DNA from: Mycobacterium tuberculosis H37Rv
GTDB lineage: Bacteria > Actinomycetota > Actinomycetes > Mycobacteriales > Mycobacteriaceae
Assembly: GCF_000195955.2 (NCBI RefSeq)
Contig: NC_000962.3
Location: forward strand, 2,070,001 to 2,102,000
Length of the DNA: 32,000 bases
Direction: 5' to 3'
The notes beneath the pieces are model-generated. The model ran no database searches. It had not been told where the DNA came from and saw nothing but the letters and a program-made list of their open reading frames with translations. Each line of letters opens with the position of its first letter. The first letter of the stretch is position 1. Positions 8,929 through 19,680 of the stretch are shown here, in pieces. Made by a program: the position numbers and the translations under genes.

Positions 8929-9789
8929 TCAGCCGAAGCGCTCAATGATCGCGGCGGCGATCCGGTCGGGGGCGTCCTCCTGGATGAAGTGTTTGGCGTT
9001 GGGCAGCTCCACCAGGACGTGGTCGGGAAATGTCGCACTCAGTCTGGGGATAATCGTTTTCGGCCTGAATGCGACATCCTTCATCCCCCAAATCAACAGG
9101 GTGGGCTTGGTGCCCAGCGTGGCTGGCACCTCCCGGGCGAGCCGTGCCAGCAGGGGACGGGCGGCCAGGATCTGTTTGGGCATCTCGGCTACGCCTCGGC
9201 GTGCCGCGGCGTTGGGCTGCACCGCCCGGTAGTGCGCCATCACCGCGCTACTCGGCCGGTGCTCGGTTCCCGCGGGTATCAAGCGCTCGACAAAGAAGTT
9301 GCGCCGTAAGATCGCGTACTGCACTGGCGGGCTGGACATCACCCTGCTGAAGGCCTTCATCGCCAGCGTGTCCGCCGGCCAGAACCACGTGTTGCCCAAC
9401 ACGACGCCGCGGACCCGGTCGGCACGCTCGACAGCGACCGCCATGCTGATCGGGCCACCCCAGTCCTGACCCATGCTCAGGTAGCGGTCCAGGCCCAGGT
9501 GATCGACGAATTCGCCGATCACCCGCGCGTGCTCGTCGATCTGGTACCCGAATCCCGAGGGACGCTCCGATAACCCGAAACCCAGATAATCCGGAGCCAC
9601 ACAACGGAAACGGTCCCGCAGTGCGACGATGATGTCCCGATACAGGAAACTCCACGTCGGGTTGCCGTGACACAACAGGATCGGCGGACCCGTGCCCTCG
9701 TCGACGTAGTGGATGCGTCCACGCGAGCTGTCGAACCAGCGCGACTCGAACGGGTACAGCTGCGGATCCGGCGTGAAATCGATGCTCAT
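8929..9789 (-). CDS. Haloalkane dehalogenase-like alpha/beta hydrolase (Rv1833c-like, reported as DmbC)
   Basis: 286 aa from ATG at 9789. Oxyanion motif HGNPTWSFLYR, nucleophile motif GQDWGGPI, C-terminal PNAKHFIQEDAPD. Confidence 0.88.
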   Translation of the reverse strand: MSIDFTPDPQLYPFESRWFDSSRGRIHYVDEGTGPPILLCHGNPTWSFLYRDIIVALRDRFRCVAPDYLGFGLSERPSGFGYQIDEHARVIGEFVDHLGLDRYLSMGQDWGGPISMAVAVERADRVRGVVLGNTWFWPADTLAMKAFSRVMSSPPVQYAILRRNFFVERLIPAGTEHRPSSAVMAHYRAVQPNAAARRGVAEMPKQILAARPLLARLAREVPATLGTKPTLLIWGMKDVAFRPKTIIPRLSATFPDHVLVELPNAKHFIQEDAPDRIAAAIIERFG

Positions 9790-9829
9790 TACCCTCCTCC
9801 GATCGCGCTCATGATGGTATGCCCGAAGG

Positions 9830-10696
9830 GTGACATCACCGAGTGTCCGGGAGTGGCGTGACGGTGGCCGCTGGCTGCCGACGGCTGTCGGAAAGGTGTT
9901 CGTCCGGTCGGGGCCGGGCGACACGCCAACAATGCTCCTGCTGCATGGCTATCCGTCCAGTTCGTTCGACTTCCGGGCGGTGATTCCACACCTGACCGGC
10001 CAGGCTTGGGTAACGATGGATTTTCTGGGCTTTGGCTTGTCCGACAAGCCGCGCCCGCACCGGTACAGCCTGCTGGAGCAGGCCCACCTGGTGGAAACGG
10101 TGGTCGCCCACACCGTGACCGGCGCGGTCGTCGTGCTGGCCCACGACATGGGCACGTCGGTGACCACCGAGCTGCTAGCCCGTGATTTGGACGGCCGGTT
10201 GCCGTTCGATCTCCGACGTGCGGTGCTGAGCAACGGCAGTGTGATCTTGGAGCGGGCCAGCCTGCGTCCGATCCAGAAAGTACTGCGCAGCCCGCTTGGT
10301 CCGGTCGCTGCCCGGCTGGTCAGCCGCGGTGGCTTCACACGAGGGTTTGGCCGGATCTTCTCCCCAGCGCACCCGCTGTCGGCGCAGGAGGCCCAAGCCC
10401 AGTGGGAGTTGCTGTGCTACAACGACGGCAACCGGATCCCGCACCTGCTGATCAGCTACCTCGACGAGCGGATACGGCACGCGCAGCGCTGGCATGGCGC
10501 GGTCCGCGATTGGCCCAAACCGCTTGGGTTCGTGTGGGGACTCGACGATCCGGTGGCAACAACCAACGTGCTCAATGGACTACGGGAATTGCGCCCCAGC
10601 GCCGCCGTCGTGGAACTGCCAGGGTTGGGCCACTACCCGCAGGTCGAGGCTCCCAAAGCATATGCCGAGGCCGCGCTATCGCTGCTCGTCGACTAG
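9830..10696 (+). CDS. lipZ: Alpha/beta hydrolase with Asp-nucleophile motif (Rv1834, annotated LipZ)
   Basis: 288 aa. HGYPSSSFDFR, VLAHDMGTSVT, PGLGHYPQVEAPK. Divergent from the 8929-9789 gene. Confidence 0.85.
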   Translation: MTSPSVREWRDGGRWLPTAVGKVFVRSGPGDTPTMLLLHGYPSSSFDFRAVIPHLTGQAWVTMDFLGFGLSDKPRPHRYSLLEQAHLVETVVAHTVTGAVVVLAHDMGTSVTTELLARDLDGRLPFDLRRAVLSNGSVILERASLRPIQKVLRSPLGPVAARLVSRGGFTRGFGRIFSPAHPLSAQEAQAQWELLCYNDGNRIPHLLISYLDERIRHAQRWHGAVRDWPKPLGFVWGLDDPVATTNVLNGLRELRPSAAVVELPGLGHYPQVEAPKAYAEAALSLLVD

Positions 10697-10700
10697 CCGG

Positions 10701-12587
10701 CTACGGCTGTATCACGGGCAGATCGATGCGAGAGGCATGCATCCGGCTACGGTAGACGCGCACGGTCGGTGCGCAACCGGGAAGGATGGCGAAGTGGCTT
10801 GCGTCCGCGCCGGCGATGGCGATGCGGATGCGGTGCCCCGGTTGGAACAGATACGACGTCGGCAGCAGGTCGAATGTCAGCCGGGCAATCTCGCCCGGGA
10901 CTAGGGGCCACGCGTCCCCGCTCGCGAACGTTCGGTAGGGGACCACCTGGCGGTACGGCGGCGGCCCGTCGCTGAGCCGGCGGTGGATGGCGCGTAGCTG
11001 GCCCTCGGTGATGTAGGCGACACGGCCGCGCGGATCGACGTCTTCCAGATAGACGAAGAAGGTGCCGTCGCTCGACGTCGACGTGATAAACAGCGTGACC
11101 ACCACATGACCGGTCACCTCCAGGGGATGGTCGAGCGGTGCGGAGGTATAGGTCAGCAGCTTGGCATCCTGGGCCTTGCGGTCCGGGTAGCAAACGTGTC
11201 CACCGATGCCCACTTGCGAGCGCCAGCGTGAGCGCTCGCCCGTTCCGGCCGTCTGATCCACCACGTATTCGTCTGCACCGCTGTCGCAATCGGGTGCGTC
11301 CGGGCGCAGCTGTCGGTCTGCGGACAGGTAGTAGCTCTGCGTGGTGGCGGGCGGCGGCCAGGTGTCGGCCGACTTCCAGCGGTTCTCGACCATGGTGAAG
11401 TAGTGCACCGGCGGCTCGGAGCCGATGCCCGTATCGGCCCCCTTGACGTGATGGTCGATGAACCTCAACAGCTCGCCGTCGTGATCGAAGTCGGGTCTGC
11501 TGAGCCCGCGCAGTGGGTCGACGCGCCAGCCGCCGGTGTGGTTCCATGGACCGAGGATCAAGTGGCTGCCCGGGGTGGAGACGGTCAGAAAACGTTTGAT
11601 TGCGGCATGCGCATACCCGCCGTCGAACCAGCCGCTGTAGCTGTAGATGGCCGCTCCCGACGCCTGCACGTCACGCCAATAATTGTGCGGGCTGATCAGG
11701 TTGATGCTGCCCGACTCGATCGGTGTACCGATCGGCTCGAGCCGGGCGTCAGGTTGGCCACGATAGGGATCCGAGGCGGATACGTCGTCCCGGAACGTCA
11801 ATGACCCCGCGATCTGGTGAACGTCGTAGTTGCCGCGATGCGCGGCGATGGCCCCGTCCCGCAGCGAGCGATCACGGTCCTCCTGCACCGGCTGCATGCC
11901 GGTCACCGGGAGCTTCGCCCACCACCCGACCACTTCGTGCAGGGCGTTGCGGTCGAGCGCCTCGTTGTAGCGTCCCCAGGTGTCGGTGAACCAGGCGGCG
12001 TGGATGCCGCCGGGGAACGCGATGTCGGTGTAGACGTCGAACAGCGAGAAGCACGGGGCGATCACCCGCACCGCGGGATGCTGGTTGACCAGCAGTAACT
12101 CGGCCGACGTGCCGTCGTACGAATTTCCCAGCGCAGCGACCGTTCCGTTGCACCAAGGCTGGCGCACGATCCAGTCGACGATCTCGGCGCCGTCCCGGAT
12201 CTCGTCGGAGGACCATTCGCACACGCGGGCGCCGAACGACGCGCCCGATCCGCGCACATCCACATCGACCCAGGCGTAGCCGCTGGCGACGAAACGTCTC
12301 CGACGACGCTTATCTGCGGCGATGTGCTGGAGGGGCTTGCCCCCGAGCAACATCCGCAACGGCCAGCGCAACTGCAGCGACCGGTAGTAGCGGGTCTGAT
12401 GCAGGATCGCGGGCAGCCTTGCGGCACTCGTCAGGCCCGCGGGCAGGTAGAGGTCGATGGCGATGCGCACCCCGTCGCGCATCGTCACATAGCACGAGGA
12501 GTAGCGCATCCCACGATATCTCGGGTAGGCGGATCGTTGGTCCGGCGCGGAGTACCAGGCCGCATCCGAGCCGCCGCGTCTGGTCAT
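10701..12587 (-). CDS. CocE/NonD-family hydrolase (X-Pro dipeptidyl-peptidase-like, Rv1835c-like)
   Basis: 628 aa. [10 protein letters not shown], catalytic motif GNSYDG, C-terminal [14 protein letters not shown]. Confidence 0.87.
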
Positions 12588-12602
12588 CGGGTAGCCAGGC
12601 GA

Positions 12603-14636
12603 TCAGCTCAAGAAGATGTTGACCGCGGTTGCCAGGTCGGGGGATGCCGATGTCTCCAGGTTTTGGTAGCTGCCGCCGCTGAGCTGTGCGACGGCTTCCC
12701 AGGTTGCCCGATCGGGATCAGCACCGAAGTCGATGATGTTGACCGCGATCGGCTTGGCCGGGTCTGCGCTCTTGCGGATGAAATCCTGCAGGCCCGGCCC
12801 GTCGAGGGTTTGGTCCGTATGCGGCCCCGCGGTAATAACCAGCACAGAATTAGCCTGGCCAACACGGTAATTGGCTAGCATCTCCTGATAGATCAAGCGC
12901 AGAGTGGTGAACGACACCGCGCCACCGCCCGAGGAGTATTGCTTGCCCAACGCGGCCGTCAAGGCCGCGGGGCGGGGCTGGCCGTTGACCGGGTCGGCCA
13001 ATGGCCCGGCCGGCACCTCTGTTCGGCCCTCGCGGCCGTCGAATGTCCACAGTCCGACGACCGAACTGGGCGGCATCGCCTTGATCCGGTTCTCAAGCGC
13101 CGCAACGACATTGCTAAGCCGGCTATTGCCGCCTTCATCATTGGGCATCGATTGGTCGAGCATGATGGTCGCGGCCACTCCGGCCGACGCGGTGACCATG
13201 GTGTCCGCCAGGGTCGCGCGCATGGAGTCGTCACCCACCGACAAAGTCGAAGGCAGCGCTGGGAAACTGGTGACGGGGCTGCTCGGCGGTTTGACGTCGC
13301 TGACTCGGAAACCAGCTCTGGCCAGTTTGGCCAGTTGCTCGGGCTTGTGCAAATACCTGGCAAACGCGCTGGCCGCCGACGTTTGCTCCTGCGATAGCCA
13401 TGCACCACTGAGCAGCACCGTCGGATAGTCAGCGACCGCAGCCGGCCCCGGCGGCAGCCAGGAACCCAAGGTGTTCTCGGCATCTGAAAGTGACTGGCCG
13501 CGCTGGAACAACTGTTGTTCGGTGGTGACCACCGCGTGCACGGGTGCCGTGGCGACATCGCCGGGCTTGAGCAGCGTGTCCATCGCCGCGGTCAAGGAGT
13601 CGTCGGCGAGCTTAGGTCGTGCGCCCATCAGGGTGCGCACCGCGCCGATACCCGCTGTTGCTGGCGCGCCAGCAGGTGCTGACGCGGCAGCCACCGCCTC
13701 GCCGGCCAAATACGCGGCATCGCCGTTGCCACTGCTCGGCATTGCCAGCCGCAGTGATCCCCAGGCAGGCAAGTCCAAGCCGGACAACGAGTTCGGATTG
13801 GTTTGCAGGCCGGGCAACGCCGCCCAGTTCTGGTTGGCGAGGGCCTGCTGCAATTCGGGCCGCACGGCGAGCAACACCGGCGATATCACCAGTGAGCGGC
13901 TATCGCTAATGGCTTGGCTGCCCGCGGCCCCGGTAAGCCGCGCCGCCGAGATGGAGCTACTCGGAATCCACAATCCCGGCTGGCCGCCCAGTTCGGTCGG
14001 CCATTTGCCGATGAAACCATTGATGACGGCATCGGAGCCGGCCGAGGTGACAGCCACTGCCACACAACGGTCGCCGACCGGGCCCGCCGACGCGTTGTAG
14101 CTGTCGGCTGACTCCTTTACCTGATCGGCGATTGATGGGTCGGCTATAACAGCGACGGTGTCCTTGCCGCCCACGCAGCGGGCGGCAGCCGTATGCGAGC
14201 GGTTGGACAACGCGTCACCGAAGAAGCGCCACAAGATCACCCCGGCCACCATTACCACCACTGCGACAAGGGCCACGATCACGCCGATACTGACTCCCCG
14301 CCGCCCGTCCGCGCTACGGTGCCCGGCCTGCCAGTCGCCGGGCCCCCGATGTCCGAAGCGAAACAGCGGCGGCGGGGCGGCCGCTATGGGCTCGGCACCC
14401 GTTGGCTCCCAGTCGGGGCGGGGTGGAATGTCAGGGTAGTCTTCTGAGCCGCTAGCCGAGTAGCCGCCGACGGCGGAGTAGTGGCCCTCGCTGGATAACG
14501 GGCCGTCATCGGGCTGATCTACACCGGGATAGTCGTAGCTACCCGATATGTCCTCCCAGTGCTGTTGTTCCGCCGCATGCCCGTCGGACAGGTCGTCAAC
14601 GGAATCCTCGGGGTCGGGCTTGCTGTGCCTACCCAT
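12603..14636 (-). CDS. Membrane-anchored protein with solute-binding-like domain and C-terminal VWA-like domain (Rv1836c-like)
   Basis: 677 aa. TM GVIVALVAVVVMVAGVILWRFF; VWA-like region AATIMLDQSMPNDEGG...VVGLWTFDG...ILVITAGPHTDQTLDG. Confidence 0.82.
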   Translation of the reverse strand: MGRHSKPDPEDSVDDLSDGHAAEQQHWEDISGSYDYPGVDQPDDGPLSSEGHYSAVGGYSASGSEDYPDIPPRPDWEPTGAEPIAAAPPPLFRFGHRGPGDWQAGHRSADGRRGVSIGVIVALVAVVVMVAGVILWRFFGDALSNRSHTAAARCVGGKDTVAVIADPSIADQVKESADSYNASAGPVGDRCVAVAVTSAGSDAVINGFIGKWPTELGGQPGLWIPSSSISAARLTGAAGSQAISDSRSLVISPVLLAVRPELQQALANQNWAALPGLQTNPNSLSGLDLPAWGSLRLAMPSSGNGDAAYLAGEAVAAASAPAGAPATAGIGAVRTLMGARPKLADDSLTAAMDTLLKPGDVATAPVHAVVTTEQQLFQRGQSLSDAENTLGSWLPPGPAAVADYPTVLLSGAWLSQEQTSAASAFARYLHKPEQLAKLARAGFRVSDVKPPSSPVTSFPALPSTLSVGDDSMRATLADTMVTASAGVAATIMLDQSMPNDEGGNSRLSNVVAALENRIKAMPPSSVVGLWTFDGREGRTEVPAGPLADPVNGQPRPAALTAALGKQYSSGGGAVSFTTLRLIYQEMLANYRVGQANSVLVITAGPHTDQTLDGPGLQDFIRKSADPAKPIAVNIIDFGADPDRATWEAVAQLSGGSYQNLETSASPDLATAVNIFLS

Positions 14637-14747
14637 ACCGGCGTCTGCGTCCTCTCCGTCGAAGGCCGGCGCCTGTCAAGCACGAGCTACGCACCGGCTC
14701 TGCCCGATGGGGCCGGCTCTCTCCCGCAAGCGGGCGGTGCCCCCACA

Positions 14748-14767
14748 GCGGCCCGCTAGCGGGCCGC
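14748..14767 (-). terminator. Perfect 20-bp palindrome centred on the glcB stop codon
   Basis: GCGGCCCGCTAGCGGGCCGC equals its own reverse complement: 8-bp GC stem with CTAG loop. The glcB stop is at 14756-14758. Confidence 0.5.
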
Positions 14768-16981
14768 ATCGTCACCGGCCCTGTCCGATGGGGCCGGCTT
14801 CTCAGCGGCCCGGGCCTTAAACTCCCGACGACGTCGGTGCAGGATCGGCTCGGTGTAGCCGTTGGGCTGCTGGGCCCCGGACAAGATCAGCTCCTGCGCG
14901 GCCAGGAAGGCGATACTGTCGTCGAAGTTGGGTGCCATCGGTCGGTATGCCACGTCGCCCGCGTTTTGTCGATCGACCAACGGCGCCATCCGCTCCAAGC
15001 TGGCCCGCACATCCGCGCTGGTGATCACACCGTGGCGCAGCCAGTTGGCCAACAATTGGCTGGAGATTCGCAGCGTGGCCCGGTCCTCCATGAGCGCGAC
15101 GTCGTGGATGTCGGGCACCTTCGAGCAGCCGACACCTTGATCAACCCAGCGAACCACGTAGCCGAGGATGGATTGACAGTTGTTGTCGACCTCTTCGCGG
15201 ATCTCGTCGGGAGCCCAGGCCAATTCCTTGGCCAGCGGAATGGTCAGCAATTGTTCGATGGTGGCGCGACGCTTCCCCGCCAGTCCTTGTTGCACCGCGG
15301 CGACGTCGACCTGGTGGTAGTGCAGCGCATGCAGGGTGGCCGCAGTGGGAGAGGGAACCCAGGCGGTGCTGGCCCCGGCGCGCGGCTGGGCGATTTTTGT
15401 CTCGACCATGTCGGCCATCAGCTCGGTCATTGTCCACATGCCCTTGCCGACCTGGGCTCGGCCGCTGAACCCGGCGGCCAGGCCGGCATCGACGTTGTGG
15501 TCCTCGTAGGCCAAGATCCACGGCTGGCTCTTCATGGTGCCCTTGCGCACCATCGGGCCGGCCTCCATCGAGGTGTGGATTTCATCGCCGGTGCGGTCCA
15601 GGAACCCGGTGTTGATGAACACCACGCGGTCCGCGGCAGCTTTGATGCACGCCTTGAGGTTGACCGTGGTCCGGCGTTCCTCGTCCATGATGCCGATCTT
15701 CATGGTGTTTTGCGGCAACCCCAGCACATCTTCAACCCGGCTGAACAGTTCGCAGGTAAACGCCACCTCGGCCGGACCGTGCATCTTCGGCTTGACGATG
15801 TAGATGGAGCCGGTGCGGCTGTTGATCAGCGGCCCGTTGACGTCGCTGGCCTTTAGCCCGTGGATGGCGATCAGGCCGGTGAATAGGGCATCCATGATGC
15901 CTTCGAACACCTCGCTGCCGTCAGTGTCGACGATGGCGTCATTCGTCATCAAGTGACCGACGTTGCGGACGAACATGAGGCTGCGTCCAGGCAGCGTGAA
16001 CTGGCCACCGCCGGGTGCGGTGTAGTTCCGGTCCCTATTGAGCACCCGCAGGAAAGCGGTGCCGTCCTTGTCTACCGCTGCTGCCAGGTCGCCCTTGTTC
16101 AGGCCGAGCCAGTTCCGATAACCCAGCACCTTGTCGGCGGCGTCCACGGCGGCCACCGAGTCCTCGAAGTCCATGATCGTGGTGATCGCGGATTCCAGGA
16201 TCACGTCCTTGACGCCGGCCCGGTCGGTGGTGCCGACCTGCGACTCCGGATCGATCAGGATCTCGATGTGCAAACCGTGATTGATTAGCAGCACCGATGT
16301 CGGCGACTCGGCTGCGCCGGTGTAGCCGGCGAACTGGCCGGGGTTGGCCAGGCCGGTGGACTTATCCGGCAAGGCAACCACGAGCTGGCCATCCTGCACT
16401 GTGAAACCGGTGGCGTCGCCAAAGGAACCCGACGACAGCGGAACACTGTCGTCGAGGAACTTGCGGGCATACGCGATCACCTTGTCGCCACGAACCTTGT
16501 TGTACGTGGGGCCTTTTTCGGCGCCGTCGGTCTCGGGGATGACATCGGTGCCATACAAGGCGTCGTAGAGGGAGCCCCAGCGAGCGTTGGCCGCGTTCAG
16601 AGCAAACCGCGCGTTGAGCACCGGCACCACCAGCTGGGGGCCGGCGGTCGTGGTGATCTCAGCGTCGACACCGGACGTGGTGATGGTGAAGTCATCAGGT
16701 TCGGGAAGCAGGTAGCCGATCTCGGTGAGGAACTGGCGGTAGGCATCCATGTCGATGGGCTCGATCACCCGACGCCGGTGCCACTTGTCGATCTGCGCCT
16801 GCAGCTCGTCGCGGGCGTTCAACAGAGCTTGGTTCTGCGGGGTCAGGTCGGCGACGACCTTGTCGACGCCCGCCCAGAAGCTGTCCGGGTCGATATCGGT
16901 GCCAGGCAGGGCTTCATTGTTCACGAAGTCGTAGAGCACCCGAGCGATGCGCAAGTTGCCCACCGACACGCGATCTGTCAT
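14756..16981 (-). CDS. glcB: Malate synthase G
   Basis: 741 aa from ATG at 16981 ([27 protein letters not shown]). [36 protein letters not shown]. Confidence 0.97.
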
Positions 16982-17256
16982 TGCTTCCTCCCTTACTGGC
17001 AATTGCTCAGCCTACCGGCCGACAAGACGACTACTACATCCGGCGACCCGCAACCGCAGGTCACGTCAAGCTCTGTCAGCACCTCGGCACCCGGCATGCT
17101 CGCTGGCTGGCAACGCGACGCAGTGGCCGCAGCGATCATACGGGTGGGGCGGTCTGCCTACTACAATCCCGTTGGATCCGTTCTGGCCGGACAGCATCCC
17201 GCCGGGAGCGGCTCCGGCCACGTCGGTGCCGCTCATTGCGGCGGTGTGATTCCGAA

Positions 17257-17652
17257 TCAGGCCAGACGCTTGATCCCCGGATAGGAGTCGAACCCACGGT
17301 CGAAGCTCATCAGCCGGGTAATGTCGTGGTGAGCCATGACGGCGATGTGTAGTGCATCCCTGGCCGACAACGTTTGATAGCGCAACAGGGCATCCCTCGC
17401 GTGTTCGACATCGGTGCGCTCGATCGGCAGCACTTCGTCGACCACGCCGATAATTGCATCGAAAGCCGGCTGAATCGCCTCACGGCGTTTGATTGCCACA
17501 TACCGGTGGCATATCTCCTGCAGCACCTCGGCGTCGGTGACTAGGCGTTCACCGCCCGACAGCGCCGACTCCAGCAGACGTTGCGCGTCCAGCTTATGCG
17601 GGTGCGAGGCACCCACCAGATACATGGGAATGTTGGAGTCAACGAGGATCAC
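17257..17652 (-). CDS. vapC13: PIN-domain toxin VapC13-like
   Basis: 131 aa. [12 protein letters not shown]...[13 protein letters not shown]...[27 protein letters not shown]; acidic residues arranged as in PIN domains. Confidence 0.9.
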
Positions 17653-17912
17653 CGTGATCCTTCGCGCTCCGCACCGCGTCCGCGTTCGATTTCCTCGAGC
17701 ATCTGCTCGACGTCGGCTGTCGGGAACTCATGGCGTGCGGCGGCACGGACAGATCGCAGCTTCATGTCTAGATCGCCGCGCGGTTCTCGCTCCCGCGCCT
17801 CCCGCAGCGTCCGGCGGACCCACTCGGACACTGTCGTGCGGTGCCGGCGTGCAATCTCTCGGAGTTCTTCCCACTCGTCGGGGTCCAGCAGAACCTGCAG
17901 GCGCTTACTCAT
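17649..17912 (-). CDS. vapB13: Ribbon-helix-helix antitoxin VapB13-like
   Basis: 87 aa. [42 protein letters not shown]; overlaps vapC by 4 nt. Confidence 0.9.
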
Positions 17913-17970
17913 AGCATGAGTGTATACAGCTCATACGGGTGTATGAATCCAGCTCGCCTGCGCGCGGGAG

Positions 17971-19518
17971 CTATCCCCCGGGGGACCCGTTCTGGCCGGC
18001 CAGCGTTCCGCCCGTACCGCCGCTGCCGCCCGGCCCGCCAGAGTCGCCGGGCCCACCGTCGCCGCCGTCGCCGATCAACTGGGCGTAGCCGCCGTTACCG
18101 CCGGTGCCGGGGGTGCCGTCCCCGCTGACGCCGGCGGCGCCGCCATTGCCACCGTTGCCGATCAACCCGGCCGTGCCGCCGTTACCCCCGGTGCCGCCGG
18201 CGCCGGTGACGGGTACCGCGACTGAGGGAATCTGGGTTGGCCCACCGGAGCCGCCGGCGCCACCGTTGCCGACCAGCAGCGCGCCGTTGCCTCCGTTCCC
18301 GCCACTGCCACCGCCGGGGGCGAAGACGCCGGTACCGGCGGACCCGGCGCCTCCGGCGCCACCGTTGCCGATCAGCCCGACGGCGTTGCCGCCGTCGCCG
18401 CCGTGGCCTCGGAGAAAGCCGTCGGTTTGCACGCTGTTGCCGCCGTCGCCGCCGTTGCCGATCAGCGTCCCGCCGGTGCCGCCGTCGCCGCCGTTGCCAT
18501 CGAAGAAGCTGAACCCGCCGTTACCGCCGTCGCCGAACATCCCGGCGTTACCGCCGGTACCACCGTCGCTGAAACCTTGCAGGGTGCTGCCTCCGGAACC
18601 GCCGTCGCCGTACAGCCACCCGCCGTTGCCGCCGTTGCCGCCGTTGCCGATGCCGGTGGGGGCGGCACCGACGGAGCCGCCGTCGCCCCCGTTGCCGATC
18701 AGCCGGGCGTCACCGCCCGCTCCGCCGTCGGCGGCTCCCGATGGGACATTGCCGCCGTTGCCGCCGTTGCCGTACAGCAGTCCGCCGGTGCCGCCGGTGC
18801 CGCCGGCCCCGCCCGCGAAGCCGGCCTTGCCGAGCCCGCCGGCCCCGCCGGCCCCGCCATGGCCGAACAGCCCGACGGCGGCTCCACCGGGCCCGCCGAT
18901 CCCACCGGTAGCGCCGACGGGTCCGGTACCGAGTCCGCCGGCACCGCCGTTGCCGCCGTCGCCGAAGAGCAGTCCGCCGACCCCGCCGGCACCACCGGCA
19001 AGGCCGGTCGCCCCGGGCCCGCCGATGCCACCGTTGCCGCCGTTGCCGATCAACCCTGCATCCCCACCGGCGCCGCCGGGCTGGCCGATCCCGCCGTTGC
19101 CGCCGTTGCCGCCGTTGCCGTACAGCAACCCGCCGGGCCCGCCGGGCTGTCCCGGCGCGCCATTGGCGCCATCACCGATCAACGGGCGGCCGAACAACGC
19201 CTGAAACGGCCCGTTGAGCACGTCCAGCGCGGCGGCGTCCGCCGCCTCGGCACCGGCATAGGCCCCCGCGCCGGCGGTCATGGCATGCACAAACTGCTCG
19301 TGAAACAGCGCCGCCTGCGCACTCAATGCCTGATAGGCCTGGGCGTGCGCGCCGAACAAATCCGCAACAGCCGCCGACACCTCATCGGCGCCCGCGGCCA
19401 GCACCCCCATCGTGGGCACGGCCGCAGCCGCATTCGCCGCGCCGATCGCCGACCCGATGCCGGCCAAATCCGACGCCGCCGCCACCACCACTTCTGGGGC
19501 CGCCACCACAAACGACAT
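17971..19518 (-). CDS. PE_PGRS34: PE-PGRS family protein (PE_PGRS34-like)
   Basis: 515 aa. PE domain [36 protein letters not shown] followed by long GGNGG/GGAGG repeats. Confidence 0.93.
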   Translation of the reverse strand: MSFVVAAPEVVVAAASDLAGIGSAIGAANAAAAVPTMGVLAAGADEVSAAVADLFGAHAQAYQALSAQAALFHEQFVHAMTAGAGAYAGAEAADAAALDVLNGPFQALFGRPLIGDGANGAPGQPGGPGGLLYGNGGNGGNGGIGQPGGAGGDAGLIGNGGNGGIGGPGATGLAGGAGGVGGLLFGDGGNGGAGGLGTGPVGATGGIGGPGGAAVGLFGHGGAGGAGGLGKAGFAGGAGGTGGTGGLLYGNGGNGGNVPSGAADGGAGGDARLIGNGGDGGSVGAAPTGIGNGGNGGNGGWLYGDGGSGGSTLQGFSDGGTGGNAGMFGDGGNGGFSFFDGNGGDGGTGGTLIGNGGDGGNSVQTDGFLRGHGGDGGNAVGLIGNGGAGGAGSAGTGVFAPGGGSGGNGGNGALLVGNGGAGGSGGPTQIPSVAVPVTGAGGTGGNGGTAGLIGNGGNGGAAGVSGDGTPGTGGNGGYAQLIGDGGDGGPGDSGGPGGSGGTGGTLAGQNGSPGG

Positions 19519-19680
19519 GACGCGCTCCTCACGGGACCGGGTGCGCAGTCCCAGCGGTTACAGCGTATTGACGTCCCGCCACCACGTCCGGCGTTCGGGC
19601 CAACTGATCCGAAACGATTGTCAGCGGCAGCAGCCCCCGATTACGCTCGGTGTCCCGTCAGACACCGATCCCTGCGTCAG

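Noticed and set aside
16982-17256. Intergenic ORFs between glcB and vapC13 (e.g. plus-strand 16981-17352)
   Set aside because: The frame runs into the antisense of vapC13 and shows no recognisable family motif. Most likely an ordinary intergenic or promoter region.
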